This document shows positions 39,450 through 52,602 of a stretch of 64,000 nt of DNA, piece after piece. Each line of letters begins with the position of its first letter. Positions within the stretch are counted from its first letter, which is position 1. Position numbers and translations under genes: made by a program. The notes beneath the pieces were generated by a model. The model was not told where the DNA came from, ran no database searches, and was given only the letters and a program-made list of their open reading frames with translations. Location of the stretch: contig CM041465.1 in assembly GCA_023213395.1 (NCBI GenBank), positions 202,313,741 through 202,377,740 on the forward strand, read 5' to 3'. The DNA is from Cycas panzhihuaensis (taxonomy: Eukaryota > Plantae > Cycadophyta).

Positions 39450-42400
39450 TATAAGGCCTTAAAGGCCTACTTAAAATTCAATTGAGATGGATCCATGAAT
39501 AAAATTCACTTGAAAACTTTTCCTAAGATATGTTGGACTTTCAACATTATTGAACCTAAGGTTATAATAAGATTATTTTTGCATTCATTGCTAGGAGATG
39601 TTATTGTATGGTTCTTCACTCTACCAAATCATTCCATCAATAATTAGAAGGATTTAGAATAGGTGTTTAAAGGCAAATTTTGTAGTAAGAAAATTGTTGC
39701 AATGTTGATAAAAGAATTATTAAGCATAAGACAAGCGATCAATGGAACTTTATCTTATTACATTGTCAAGTTTGAGAGAATTCTTAAACAATTTAATCGA
39801 TGAAGACAAACTTGCAGATGGAATCTTGATGGAATGGTTCTTGGAGGGAATGGACCATGAATCAATGATGTTAATTGTTCTTAGAGAACTTGAGACTCTT
39901 TGAGAAGCACAAAAACTTGCTCTGCATTTTGAAGTAGTAATAGATAGATGGGGCAGAGTGTCTTTCCTATTACAAGATGATTCCAATAAGAAGATTCCTT
40001 CTCCATTATAATAAGCAAAGGAAGAATACTCCCAACATTTCATTAGAAAAATAAATAAGGAGTTGCATTTTTGGAGAAAACAAGCCCAAAATAAAGAGTT
40101 TTAAATTAATAATGTATTTTTTATAGTTGAATCTAATGCTCTTATTGTTGATGAGGTAAATGTTTAGGATGAAAGTTTTCTTAATAATGCATGTGACAAT
40201 AATGAACATTGGTTCGCATCCATCTCATTCAATAATCATGAAAAATATAAGTTGTGCATTATTGATTTTCCATGATCAACAAGTCATTAGATGGAGTTTC
40301 AAGAATAACCCATTGAAGAAGAAGAGCTCATTGCTATAACAAATCAAAAAAAAGAACACCAAAGCTAAAGGTGACATTGCATTTATAAATTCATAAGTTA
40401 TTGAAAATTTTATGTCAAAAAAAACTTGTAGCCATCCAAAAGAAAATAAGTACATAAGAAGTGTAGAAACTTGCCAACCTATTAAAAATATGCAACAAAT
40501 TTTAGTTTTTATATAGTAAGATCCATATGTTGCAGATATCAAGGATGCTGCCCAACAAGCTCAAGAAGTTGGAATGAAGCAAGGCATGTTTCCAAAAGAA
40601 GATACAGTTCAATAATAGAGGTTAGATGAAATCCATGAAAGAATGATCTTGGAATCATCATTTATTTCCTATGATGCATCAAAGGTTGGAAGAATTTAAT
40701 AGTAACCTTCATAAGGTATGCTTCATGAATCTCATTTAGGACTGGAATCCTATGATTTGGTGAAAGTATAAACCTTTTGTAGATTATTTTAAAAGAATGA
40801 AACATTCAAACTCTTGCAATCTAAAACAAAATGGGATGGATAAAGTGAAGAACATCCTAGTAATGCAACTCTACTATAATGTTGTGAGATGATTGGCCCA
40901 CTAATTTCATCTTTCTAAGATGTGTTATGTTGTTATGAGAATCATCTTCATTCTCAGTCTCTTAAAGATGATGGAGTATGGTGTTTAAAACCAACATATA
41001 GGCCTTCTATTTTAGTTGAAGGATTCCTTTACAAGGAACCATTTATGCCACATCATCTCAATCTTGATAAAATGTAATGAAAGATCAACCAAAGTTTTTA
41101 AACTAAAGTTCTCATATCAGAAATTCCAACTAGCATGTTGTTGTTAGTTGTTTCATATTAATAGTTCTTAAATGATCCTCTAAACCCCTTAACTTCTTTC
41201 ATATTATATATGTTGTATATATTATGCATAAGTTATAAATATATTGTATATAGTAGTGTAAAGCTTAGTTTAATTATTTTTTCATCAACCTATTAGGGGT
41301 CAATAAAAACAAGGAGGCTAGTTGTCAAGCCCTTTTTTGACCCCTTGCTCAAAAAAGTTGTAAACAAATAAAATGTCAAGTATGTAGTAGTGTACTTAAT
41401 GTTAGTAGATGTATATAGTAGGTGAATTGATCAAGAAGTATTAGTGTCCTCAATATGTCTATTTCAAAGGGGCCATTATATTAATGTATTTTTTAAGCAA
41501 AGTTTAAGTCTGAGATGTTTGCATGGCTAGTTAGGGCTTAAGCATTTCAATTAGTAGATTTTCAATGTTTGGGCAAAAAGAAAATGAATAATAGGGTACC
41601 ATTTATCCATTTACAAAAATATAAGAAAATGCAAAGAGGAGGTTCTCATATTTCATAAAACAAATCGAATGGTAGTGTTGTTCAATCCTACTGGTATGAA
41701 ATACAAAATAATATAAAGGAGCACCCCCCACATTTTTGCAAATGGATGAAAAAGTGACTAACACTCAATCCCACATTTATGAATTGAATACAGACTTGAC
41801 ATAAAAGGATGTAACATTGATAAAAGGACACCACATTAGTAGCCTTACATGTGTAATTGTTAAATGGCATTAAAATAGCCTTTTGGCTCATTTTGGCCTT
41901 ATTTTTACATTAGTTTTCAGAGTTTACAATGGTGAACAATACAAGATTTAAAGGGCCACTTCATTGATTTAAATTTTTCCATGTTAAAGAATTGAACACA
42001 CATAGATTGATCTCCATTTACTACTTATCCAGATCTAAAATGAGGAGAAATTTACATTGAGAAGGTGTTTGTAACATAGTAGACAATCAACGCTAAAATT
42101 TGTTCAATTGAGTGGCTGTTGTAGAGCAAGGATAACTATAAAAAGCCATGAAAATGAATGTACAAGGGTTTTATAGCTCATCTCTTGGCCTAACCAATAT
42201 TGGTTGTGGTTTTGGCTTTGCTCTTTTCCTATTTTCTTTTTAAAATTATCCCTTTGTTCTAAACAATTCATACATCAAAATGTTAATCAGGATAGACCCC
42301 TATAACCAATCTCAGGTACTAAGAGTTTTACTCAATTCATGTCTTACATATATAATTGGCCATGGTATATATTTTTTGTAAAGATATAATTTCTTAGTTA

Positions 42401-42800
42401 TTGGAAGTTTCTCTATTTTGACCTATCTAATAATAAATTTTCATTCTTATCAAGAAATCCATCTTTATAGTTTTAGGGAGTTTGCATTCAATCTAACGAG
42501 TGTATAGTTCTCTACACTGTTAAGAATACAATATTATTGACAATTAATTGAGTTAACTCAATTTTTCTAGTGCTTTATTAATTCCAAAAGTAGATCCCAA
42601 CCCTGTGAGACTTAGAATGGTGGTCGTTTATAACTCTTCTCAATGTTTCTTCTTCCTCTTTGCATTTGCATGTTTTTATTTTAACTTAGTTTTAAAGAAT
42701 GTTTATAAGAACACATATTGTATATTACTCTATCCACTCAATATATAATCTAATCATTATATTACAAAGTTTGAATAGTTTGTAGTTATCCTTCTATTTT
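39450..42800 (+). mobile_element. Gypsy-like gag remnant followed by non-coding DNA and a probable LTR
   Basis: About 39500-39750 reads HLKTF...IIRLFLHSLLGDVIVWFFTLPNHSINN*KDLE*VF (retrotransposon gag). No pol was seen. A purine tract lies near 41465. Confidence 0.5.
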
Positions 42801-42859
42801 TATACTTGTCTATTTGAACATTCTAAGACTAGATCTTGCTATGATAATTCCATGGGAAG

Positions 42860-45800
42860 GGTGCGGGAAAGGCGAGGATGTACAAAAACAACCATCAATA
42901 GGATTAGAGAATAAGAGCAAGCACCATGCTTTGGGATTAAATAATTAATATATTAATTTAGTTATTAAGTAAGAAAAAGAGTTTAGTGAAGATGGAAGTT
43001 CCAGAATTTAGAGGGAGTCTGAAGGCAAAAGAGTTGCTAGATTAGATAACTACAATGGAGAAGTGATTTGAATGAGAAGAGATGGCCAAAGATAGGAGAG
43101 TAAAGTTTGCAACTACTAAGTTTAAGAGACATGTTGCTCTATAGAGGGAGAATTTGTAAAAAATATAGAGTTAGAAGAGGAAAGAAGAAAATTAGGTCTT
43201 GGGGGAAGTTTATGGAAATAATTAGAGGAATATCCTTGCCCATGGATTATGAATAAAGTTTTCTTAAGCAATTTCATAACTTGAGACAAAAATAAAGGAG
43301 CATGCAAGAAATGTTGATGAATTTTATAAGTTATTTATTAGGTCAAAACAATAAGAGGATCCTAAGCAAATGATAGCAAGGTATATGAATGGCTTAAATT
43401 ACATAGATTGAAGATAATAGAGAAAGTTTATTAGATTACTTTGTCACTTTAATGCTTAAGGAAAAGGTGTCAAAAAAGCATACTTTTGTGAATAGGGGAA
43501 GAATTGCATTGTAAGGTGGATGACATAGTTAAAACTTACTAGTTATGTTGGATATTAAAGAACTAAGAGGAGTGGAAGTTTAAGGACAAATATACCACCC
43601 AAAGCAAAAGGTGGATTTATGAATTCTAGAGGCTGAGGATAAGATAACATTGCACCAATAAGAGAACAAGGATTTAGAGGAAGATTTACTACACCTAGGA
43701 GAGAATTTACGTGCCTCAATTATGGTCAAGAAGGATATAGAGCCTTTGAATGTGCTTTAAGAATTGAAAAGAGAAATATAAAAGAAGAATCAAAATCAAA
43801 CACAGTACGTGAGCTAGATAAGTTAAAAGTTGTAACACATAAATGTTTAGGCTACTCTAAAGCAAGTACAAGTAACAAAATATAACTAAGATCTAGTCAC
43901 ACTAAGAAAGGAAAGCTAATATAAGAGGAGGAGCGAAAGGAGAGGAAGAGGCTTTTTAGCACACAATATAAGTTAGGAGGAAAATTTTGTAAAGATACTA
44001 TTTATGGTAGAAGCTATGAGAATATGGTATCTTTAATTATGGCACAGAAATTAAAGTTATCTTGTTAGAAGTGGGAGATGCCTTAGAAAGATTTATGGTT
44101 TAATAAGGGAAATGTCATTTAGATTAATGATAAGCGCTTGGTAGCATTTCAAATTCAAAATTATAGAGATAAAGTATGGTGTGATGTGATACCTATGGAT
44201 GCATATGAAGTATTATTAAGGAGACCATGGTAGTTTGATAAAAGAGTTATACATGATGATCAAAGAAACATATACATAATATCTTAAGAAGTTAAAATAT
44301 TTGAGCTTTTTACTTTAAAAGAGGATGAAAGACAAGTAATGGCTCTTTCAAAAAATAAGTTTATAAAATTAGTTTAAATGATAGGAGCCTATTATGCCTT
44401 GATAGTGAAGAAAATTGACGAAGAGGCATATGTACTAGTACCTAAGGAGATGAAAGGCCTTTTAAAAGAGTATCATGTTGTAATACCAAAATAATTACCT
44501 ATTAGTTTCCCACCTAAGGGTGAGACTACACATCATATAGATTTGATTTTAAGTTTTCCAAATAGACTTGCTTACATATTGAGTGCTTGGGAGAATAAGG
44601 AAGTGAATAACCAAGTTTAATAACTAATTAAGAAGGGATTAGTACACGATGGCTTAAACCCTTGTGCTTCACCTAGTTTATTAATGTCTAAGAAGAATGG
44701 AACATGGAGGATATGTGTAGATTCAAGAGCTATAAACAAGACTATTATTTAATATAGATTTCCATTACCTATAATGAACAATATGATGGATATACTTACT
44801 AGGTTAGCATATTTTTTAAAGATTGATTTAAGGAGTGGTTATTATTATATTAGAGTCTAATAAGGAGATAAGTAGAAGACCACTTTTAAAATAAGAGATA
44901 GGTTATGTGAATTGAGGGCCATGCCTTTTAGATTATCTAATGTACCAAATACTTTTACAAGGTTGATGAATGCTATTTTAAAACATTTTAAGGAAAATTT
45001 ATAATTATATATTTTAAAGAAATTTTAGGTTTAGCAAGACAAAGGAGCAACACTTTGAGTACCTTAGACAAGTCCTTGCTATGCTTAGAAAAGAAAGATT
45101 ATTTGTGAGTTTGAAGAGATGTAATTTTTTCTATAGGAGTTTTGTCTATATTGGTTATGTGATATCTCAAGAAAGATTGAAGATGGATCTAGAAAAGGTG
45201 AGTCACATTGGAATGGCCTAGTCCATCCAACATAACTAAAGTGAGAAGCTTTTATGGAATAGCAAACTTCTATTAAAAGTTTCTTAGAAGTTTTAGCAAT
45301 ATTACAACACTGTTGAAAGATTGCACTAAGGAAAAGATATTTCAATAGATGAATGCTACTCAAAGAATTTTGAATTACTAAAGAAAAAGATTATTGAAAT
45401 TATGGCATTGGCCTTACTAGATTTTAGTAAAGTGTTTGAAGTAGAATGTGATGCTTTTGGAGTTAAAATGGGAGACATACTGAGTCAATAAGGAAGACCC
45501 ATTATATTCTTTAATAAAAAATTTAATGAAGCTAACAAGAAGTATTGAGTATATGACTTGTAGTCTTATGCAATAATTCAAGTACTAAATTATTGGGGAT
45601 ATTACTTATTACCCAAAGTTTTTTGTCTTGTATACTAATCATCAAACCTTTAAGTTTTTGAATTCTCAATCTAAGTTAAATGTTCAACATGTTAAATGGG
45701 TGGAATTTTTATGAAGTTATGCTTTTGTGTTGAAGCATAAATCAAGGAAGTCAAATCAATTTGTCAATGCATCTAATAGAAGGATGATATTCCTAGCAAC

Positions 45801-47773
45801 CATGGAGCATAAGACAAAAGGTTTTAAAGTGATTAAGGAATTATATAAGGATGATAAGGATTTTGGAATAGTTGTAGAGAGAATTGAGTAAAACATTGGG
45901 AGTTGTGATGATGATTACCCTAAATGTTTTATACAAGAAGGATATTCAATTAAAGGCAAGCAATTATGTATACTTGATAACTTTATGAAGGAGAATCTAA
46001 TTCATGAACTTCATAGTTATTTTAGATGCACTAAGACTTAAGCACTTGTAAAAGAGTGTTATTTTTGGCCTAGAATGTTAAAGTAAGTAAATAAAATTAT
46101 GTAGCATTATGGAACATTCTAGTAATCAAAAGAATAAGGTTACAATACTAGCTTATACAAACCATTCCTAATACCTGAAGAACCATGGACAAATATATTA
46201 ATGGATTTTGTCTTAGGATTTCCATGTGCTCAACATAATAATAATTCTATTTTTTCCATCATTGATAGATTTTTTAAAATGGTGCATTTTATTATATGTA
46301 ATAAGACTAATGATGCAAGTTGAGTTATTGATTTATTTTGATTATAGACAATTCATTTGTATGATTTATTGAAAATTATTATATCTAATCATGACACTAG
46401 AGTTTTCACTCATTTTTGGAGTATATTATGGAAGAAATTAGGGATAAGGATGTAGTACAATAGAGCTTATCATCTACAAATTAATGGATAGACTAAATCC
46501 ATGAATGAATCTTTTAGAAATTTGTTGAGGAGCTTAATTAGAGATAGATTGGAGCTGTGGGACTACATATACCTTAGTGAACAAATCGACTGGGAAATTA
46601 TCTTTTCAAATTATATATGGATGAGAGTCAAAGACAACAGTGGATTTAGACAAGCTACCCATGACAAACCAAATGAGTGATGATGTAGAAGTGTTACTGG
46701 GGCAATTAAAACAAGTCTATGAAGAAGTCGAGCAATAACTAGTAAAGAGTAATTAGAGTTATAAGGAGTAGTCAAATATAATACGAAGAAGTAAATAATT
46801 TAGCATAGGTGACCTTGTAACAATGTATTTGTGAAAGGAGAGATTCCCAAAGGGATCCTACAACAAGCTTAAGTTTGGAAAGATAGGACTATGCAAGGTT
46901 TAAAGAAAGATTAATGAAAATGCATGTGATATAAAGTTGCATATTGACATGAATATTTCTCCTATATTTAATGTTTTAGACTTATATGTTTATCATGCAA
47001 GGGGTGAAGAAGTAATAGACTCTATTGGTAAGAGCAATAATCAAAGAAGAAAAAGGATGTAGTTAAAGTTACTTTGGATACAAAGGACTTGCAAACCAGA
47101 GGAAAGAATTATTGAAGATATTTGGTCAAATGAAAGGGTTGCCTAATAAAGGCTCTATATAGATCAATGAAGAAGACTTTAAGAGGCTTGATATATAGAA
47201 CTGGTAAGATTTTGAAGAAGTGTTTAAGTAGGAGCTCAAATCTTCATGGCAATGGGAGGATGGTGTAGGAGTATCATTGTATATAGTATAATTAGTAGTG
47301 TGATCTTAGAAAATTTTTAGAGCTTCTAAAGGTGTTTCCTTGCATCTCTCATCTCATGGGTGAGAGACGTTAATTGGTGTTTTTTTAGAAAAAAGTATAA
47401 TTATGAGTTTTTTATTATATTTTACATCTCACATCTTACGAGTGTAAGGTGAAAAATATTAAGTTTATGGTTAAAACTATGAGTACAAGATGTCTCTTTT
47501 GTCATATCTCACACCTCATAGATAAGAAGTATTAAGTTATGTTATTCTAAAAAAAAAAGAGTTTGAGTGTGAGTTTTCAATATTTTCTCATATCTCACAT
47601 ATCATATGAGGGGGAGTGATAAGATATTTCGAAGTGATATAACTTGTGAGTTGCAATATATGAGGAAATGTGATTTTTCTAGTGATCTTTAGTCATCCAA
47701 TGGGTAGGATCAAACCCAATCTTAATCATTCATTTGTAATGAATTAAAAGATGACCTCACACCTCACATATCA
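42860..47773 (+). mobile_element. Degenerate CRM-like chromovirus (gag-PR-RT-RH-INT-chromodomain, PPT, probable 3' LTR 47261-47773)
   Basis: gag KMEVPEFRGSL...RRVKFATTK; PR VWCDVIPMDAYEVLLRRPW; RT GTWRICVDSRAINK; RH FEVECDAFG; INT EPWTNILMDFVLGFP; C-terminal TLDTKDLQTRGKNY*RYLVK*KG; PPT GGGAGGA then TGGTGTAGG...ATATCA. No matching 5' LTR was found. Confidence 0.85.
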
Positions 47774-47799
47774 TTTATGAGTAATTATAGAATACAAAA

Positions 47800-49545
47800 A
47801 TAAGAAAGAAAGCATGAGTTTAAGTAAATGAATTTATGAAGCAAGCTATAAGCAATTATCTAAACTGTTAAATAAAAGCATTGGATTAAATGTAGACCTT
47901 TCATTCAAAAACTAAAGATTAGGAAAGGAACATAACCAAACTATGATTTGAAAAATTGTGAGTTAATTGTGATCATTGAATGGGGTGTAAAGATCAAAGT
48001 AGTGTTGCCCATTTGATTGATAGAGCAATAAAGAGAAGATTGTCTACTGAATAGATAAAATTATGAAGACTTATTAAGAAGCATCATGTGGAAAGCATAC
48101 ACAACGCTGAGGGCCAGAATAAAGATGAAGAAATATTGGCAAGAACAACATTCATAGCTTAATTAATTATAGAAGCATAAAAGCTACTTATAAAATTATT
48201 ACAATGGATACTTAGAGAAATTCAAATACACCTACCTCTTTCAAACCATACAAAATTAGTAATTTTAGGCATGAACGTTGGGTAATTAATGCAATACCAA
48301 CCTTATTCTATTGGAGGGAAAATTGTCCACATTCATCATTTTATATATATGCACTTATCAATACCTTGAAAGACAATTAGGGAGTAGGAGAGCGAAAGTC
48401 AGAATAGAAAGTGAAGTTGGGAGGAATAGTGGATTGTAACTTAGATAATTTCTATACATTATAAGTATGGCATTATAATGAATGTTTAGTAAATTGAACT
48501 CTTGCAATATGACTAATTCTATTATAATCCTAATTATGGTGTTGTGGTTAAGTTCTTATATGAAGTGTATGTATCTAATAATTTTTTCTTTATACTTAGT
48601 TAGATAGTTATGATTGTGAATTGTTATGCATATGTTAGAGTCTAATGTTATCTACTATGAGAGTGGAAAGCAAAGGGCACTACATCAAAATTTATCTTAA
48701 GCTTTATGTTGGAATGGGGAGGATGGAATAGTCATATAAACTTTCAAGTATTACCACTTGGAGATTATGATGCCATAATAAGTTTTGATGATATAAAATT
48801 GATTGTTATAATAAGGTCATTGAGTGTGTGGATAATAAAGGATGTCTCAGAACCATCTAAGAGAAAAAAGCTCCTATCTCTATTAGATAGATTTCAACTA
48901 TAAAAGTCAAGAAAAGTTTACAAAAAGGTTGCCAAGTTTGTGTTGCTTTTGTCAATAGTGAAAATGACCTAATGAGGCCTAAGTTAGAAGACCATCCATT
49001 ATTACAATAGTTCTTCAATGTTTTTATAAAAGAGTTTCCTATTCTACTGCCTAAAAGATAGGTGGATTATGTTATTAGACTAGTTTCAGGAGTAGAAACT
49101 ATTTCTAAAATACCATACCACATATCTACACTAGAACTATTGGAGGTAAAGATATGGTTATAAGAATTATTAGATAAAGGTTTTATTTAACCAAGTATAT
49201 TTCTATGGTGAGCACCTATTCTATTTGTGAAAAGAAAAGATAGAACATTCTAATTATGCACTAACTATAGGTAATTAAATAAGGTGATGATAAAGATCAA
49301 ATATCCTCTTCCAAAGATCACTGTCCTATTTGACTAAATGAAAGCAACCAAATTATTCTTTAAATTTGACTTAAGGTCATGTTATCAAGCCTGAGTTAAA
49401 GAGGATAATATATATAAGATAACATTTTAAACCAAGTATAGGTATTATCAATTTATAGTGTTATTATTTGGCTTGAAAATGCTCCCACTACATTCATGTA
49501 TTTGATGAATAACATATTTTGTTAATTCTTAAATAAGTTTAATTT
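47800..49545 (+). mobile_element. Tekay-like gypsy protease/RT remnant, truncated inside RT
   Basis: ISKIPYHISTLEL...APILFVKRKD...NYR*LNKVMIKIKYPLPKI...KFDLRS; it stops abruptly near the YxDD region. Confidence 0.75.
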
Positions 49546-49547
49546 GA

Positions 49548-52500
49548 ACATTTTTCTTATAGATCCATTTACATCCAATGACATGCTTACTAGTAGGCAA
49601 TTCAACTAAATCTCATGTATGCTTCTTCTTGACAACTTGGATTTTAGACTCCATAGCATCATTCCACTTTTAGCCTTTAACTACTTCTTCAATCATTGAT
49701 GGTTCATTTGCATCAAATACATGTGCCATAAGAGCAATGTTCTCTTATTCATAAGGTCACATTTTTGACTTCTGCTTTCCTTTAGAATTAGGTAATAGTC
49801 TCTCAGCATCCTCCATAGTTTTCATGTACTATTTTGGAGGCTTCTTCTTTGAAGATGAAGGTGATGAATCAAATGGTTTCTTTGGATTTAGGTCTAGATT
49901 CGACTTTAGTTCTTTCTTCAATGTCTGCTGAAATTTAACTTCAAAAAATTGAAAGGATTCTAATTCTACTTCTTCACCTATATTAAACGACTTATATTCA
50001 AGTTAAATAATATCACATGAAGTACTGCATTCGGGTGGCTCTTCTACCTGATCCTCAATCTCAACTGAACCAATATCTTGAGTCTTATCTTATCAAAAAA
50101 TAACATCAATTGTTATATGAACTTTTCAAGTCGATAACTCATATACTTTATGTGCTTTGCTTTCCTCAAACTATCTAATAAGGATGCACTTTATGCTTTT
50201 GTCATCCAACTTTTATCATTTCTCTTTTAGAATATGTATGAATACATTACATCCAAAGATGCTTATCTGACCTATTGTTGGTTTTCTACTTGACCAAGCT
50301 TCCTAAGGGGTTATGTTTCTTATAGCCCTTGTGATGCTTATGCTTGTTAGATATGTTATGTTTACAACTTCTTACTATAAAAAATATATAACATCCTTAC
50401 CTATCATCATTGCCTTGGCTTTTTTAACCAAATTTCTATTCACGTGCTCAACAACTCCATTTTGATAAGACATGTAGGTAGTAGTAAATTGCCTTTGAAT
50501 TCTATGATCCTTGTAGAATTTGGTGAATTTATTTAAAGTGTGCTTTCTACCATTGTCAATTCATAGGACCTTAATATTATATCTGCTTTCAATTTTAACT
50601 GTTTGAAGTAAAGGCTTGCGATTTTTTCTTTAGTAGAAAAACCTAAACTTTTCTTGAAAAGTCATCGATGAAAGTGATAAAATATCTTGCTCCACTTAGT
50701 AAGATGATAGGCATTAGTCTACAAATGTCATAGTGAAATAATTCTAATTTTTCTTTCACTCTCCATACTTTCTTTTCTAGAAATGGTTCTTTGTGCTAGT
50801 TACCGAAAATATCAAGTTCGTATAAACAAATTTTATTGTTAATCAAAGGTAAATCATGTGCCATTTTTAATTTATGTATCAACAAGAGTCTAGAGTAGTT
50901 CAAATGACCTATTCTTTCATGCCGTAATTTTTGTTTAGGTGATACAATAAAGAATGTTTGCTATATATAAGAGTATCATTATAATTTGTACACATTATTC
51001 TCTCTAAGTTCTATGGGTACAACCTTGTTCCGTTTATCTCATATTGTGTATTGTCCTCAAGAAAATGTTATAGTCATGTCTTGTTATTCAATTTCACCAA
51101 CTAAAATAAATTTTACCTTTAGATTTTATATATACAAGATATTTTCTAAATATTATTTATCAACATTCAATAAAGTAAGTGGTACCTTTCCAATTCCAAT
51201 TGCCTCCAACTTAATGTCATCCCTAATGGTAACTTTTTTATTAACTCACCACATCTCGATGAACCATTATAATCTTTTAGTCATGTTTTTTGGCACATCT
51301 AAATCAATAAACCATACATCTAGTACAACATAACATATTTTATATATGACAATAAATAATCATGGTGTGATTATGTTATATGTCTCTTGAGTTAAGTCCA
51401 TTATTTGACCACATTATCCAAGTGGTCATTATTATTGTTGTTGTTGCTTTTGTTATTAGAATTGATTCTGAGACTACTAAGAGTGTTATTGTCACTACCA
51501 TACCCAATAATCCTTCTTGATGTGACCTAACTTTCAACAATGATAATATTTAGGTATGTATTATCCCTTTGATATTCTAAGTTTAACCTGTTGAACTGTA
51601 GTTTCAAAAGGTGTATTCTTATTTGGAATATAAGCTTGTTTATATTTTGATTTTAACGCTAGTGCTCTAGAAGATTCATCATGCATGTTCTTCAAATTTT
51701 GCTCATATTCTATAAGCAAGGATTCCAAAAAACTAATCCCTAAAGTGATAATTTATCAGATAAAGTCAATGTAGTTAGGAAGTTCTCATATTAGAGTGGT
51801 AGACTCCTTAACACACAAGCTATAATTTTTAAATTAAGAACGATCTCCCTTATTGTTCATAATTAATCATGAATTAATCTAATATCTCATATAAGATCTA
51901 TTATATTTCTCGTCATCTTTAGAGTGTACAACTAACTTCACAGGTTTAAGGCTCTCATGTTGTCCTTGTGCTAAAAAAGATTCATGACCATCTCCCACAT
52001 TTGCTTTAGTGTAGTAGCATCCTTGATGCGTAAATAACATTGCTGTTAATAAACAGGATGAGAAATCCAAATGGTATCCACATATTTAATTGATATTCAA
52101 TATTAAAGTCAGCATTAATTTTTTATTTATTTTAAAAAGTAATGATCTCAATAGAATATTTACCCATTATAGAATTATCTACATACTTTTAGAGGTCATT
52201 TAGATGAAAGAAACTAAACATTTGATGTTTTCAAATGGTATAATTTTTAGGACCTATTAGTATGCTTGTGATTGTTCCCATTGCACATCCTCCATAAGCT
52301 AATTTAAGCAAAAAATTAATACAAAATGATTTAAAATAACTAAATAAGTATAAAAGTAAAGTAACAAAGATGTAAAAGTTGTCAGTCTATAGGAAGGTAG
52401 TTAGTATGAATGATTTTATTGCCTTAGTTTGCTCATAGGTAACTAAAACTTGCCAAAAAATATAAAAAATTAAATTTTCACCAAGATTTTATACTGAAGT

Positions 52501-52600
52501 GCTATATATGACTACTGTCAGATCACAGATCTTAAATAATCATATGTTATGGTATATTTATTTTCTCAAAGTAGACTTCAAATCATCCAATAATGGCCCT
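49548..52600 (-). mobile_element. Degenerate Ty1/copia (gag, PR, INT, start of RT), 3'-truncated
   Basis: Zinc-knuckle remnant C*KLGHIKKDY at about 51510-51545; INT about 50100-50760; RT start DLVELPTSKHVIGCKWIYKK at about 49550-49620. Confidence 0.8.
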
Positions 52601-52602
52601 AG

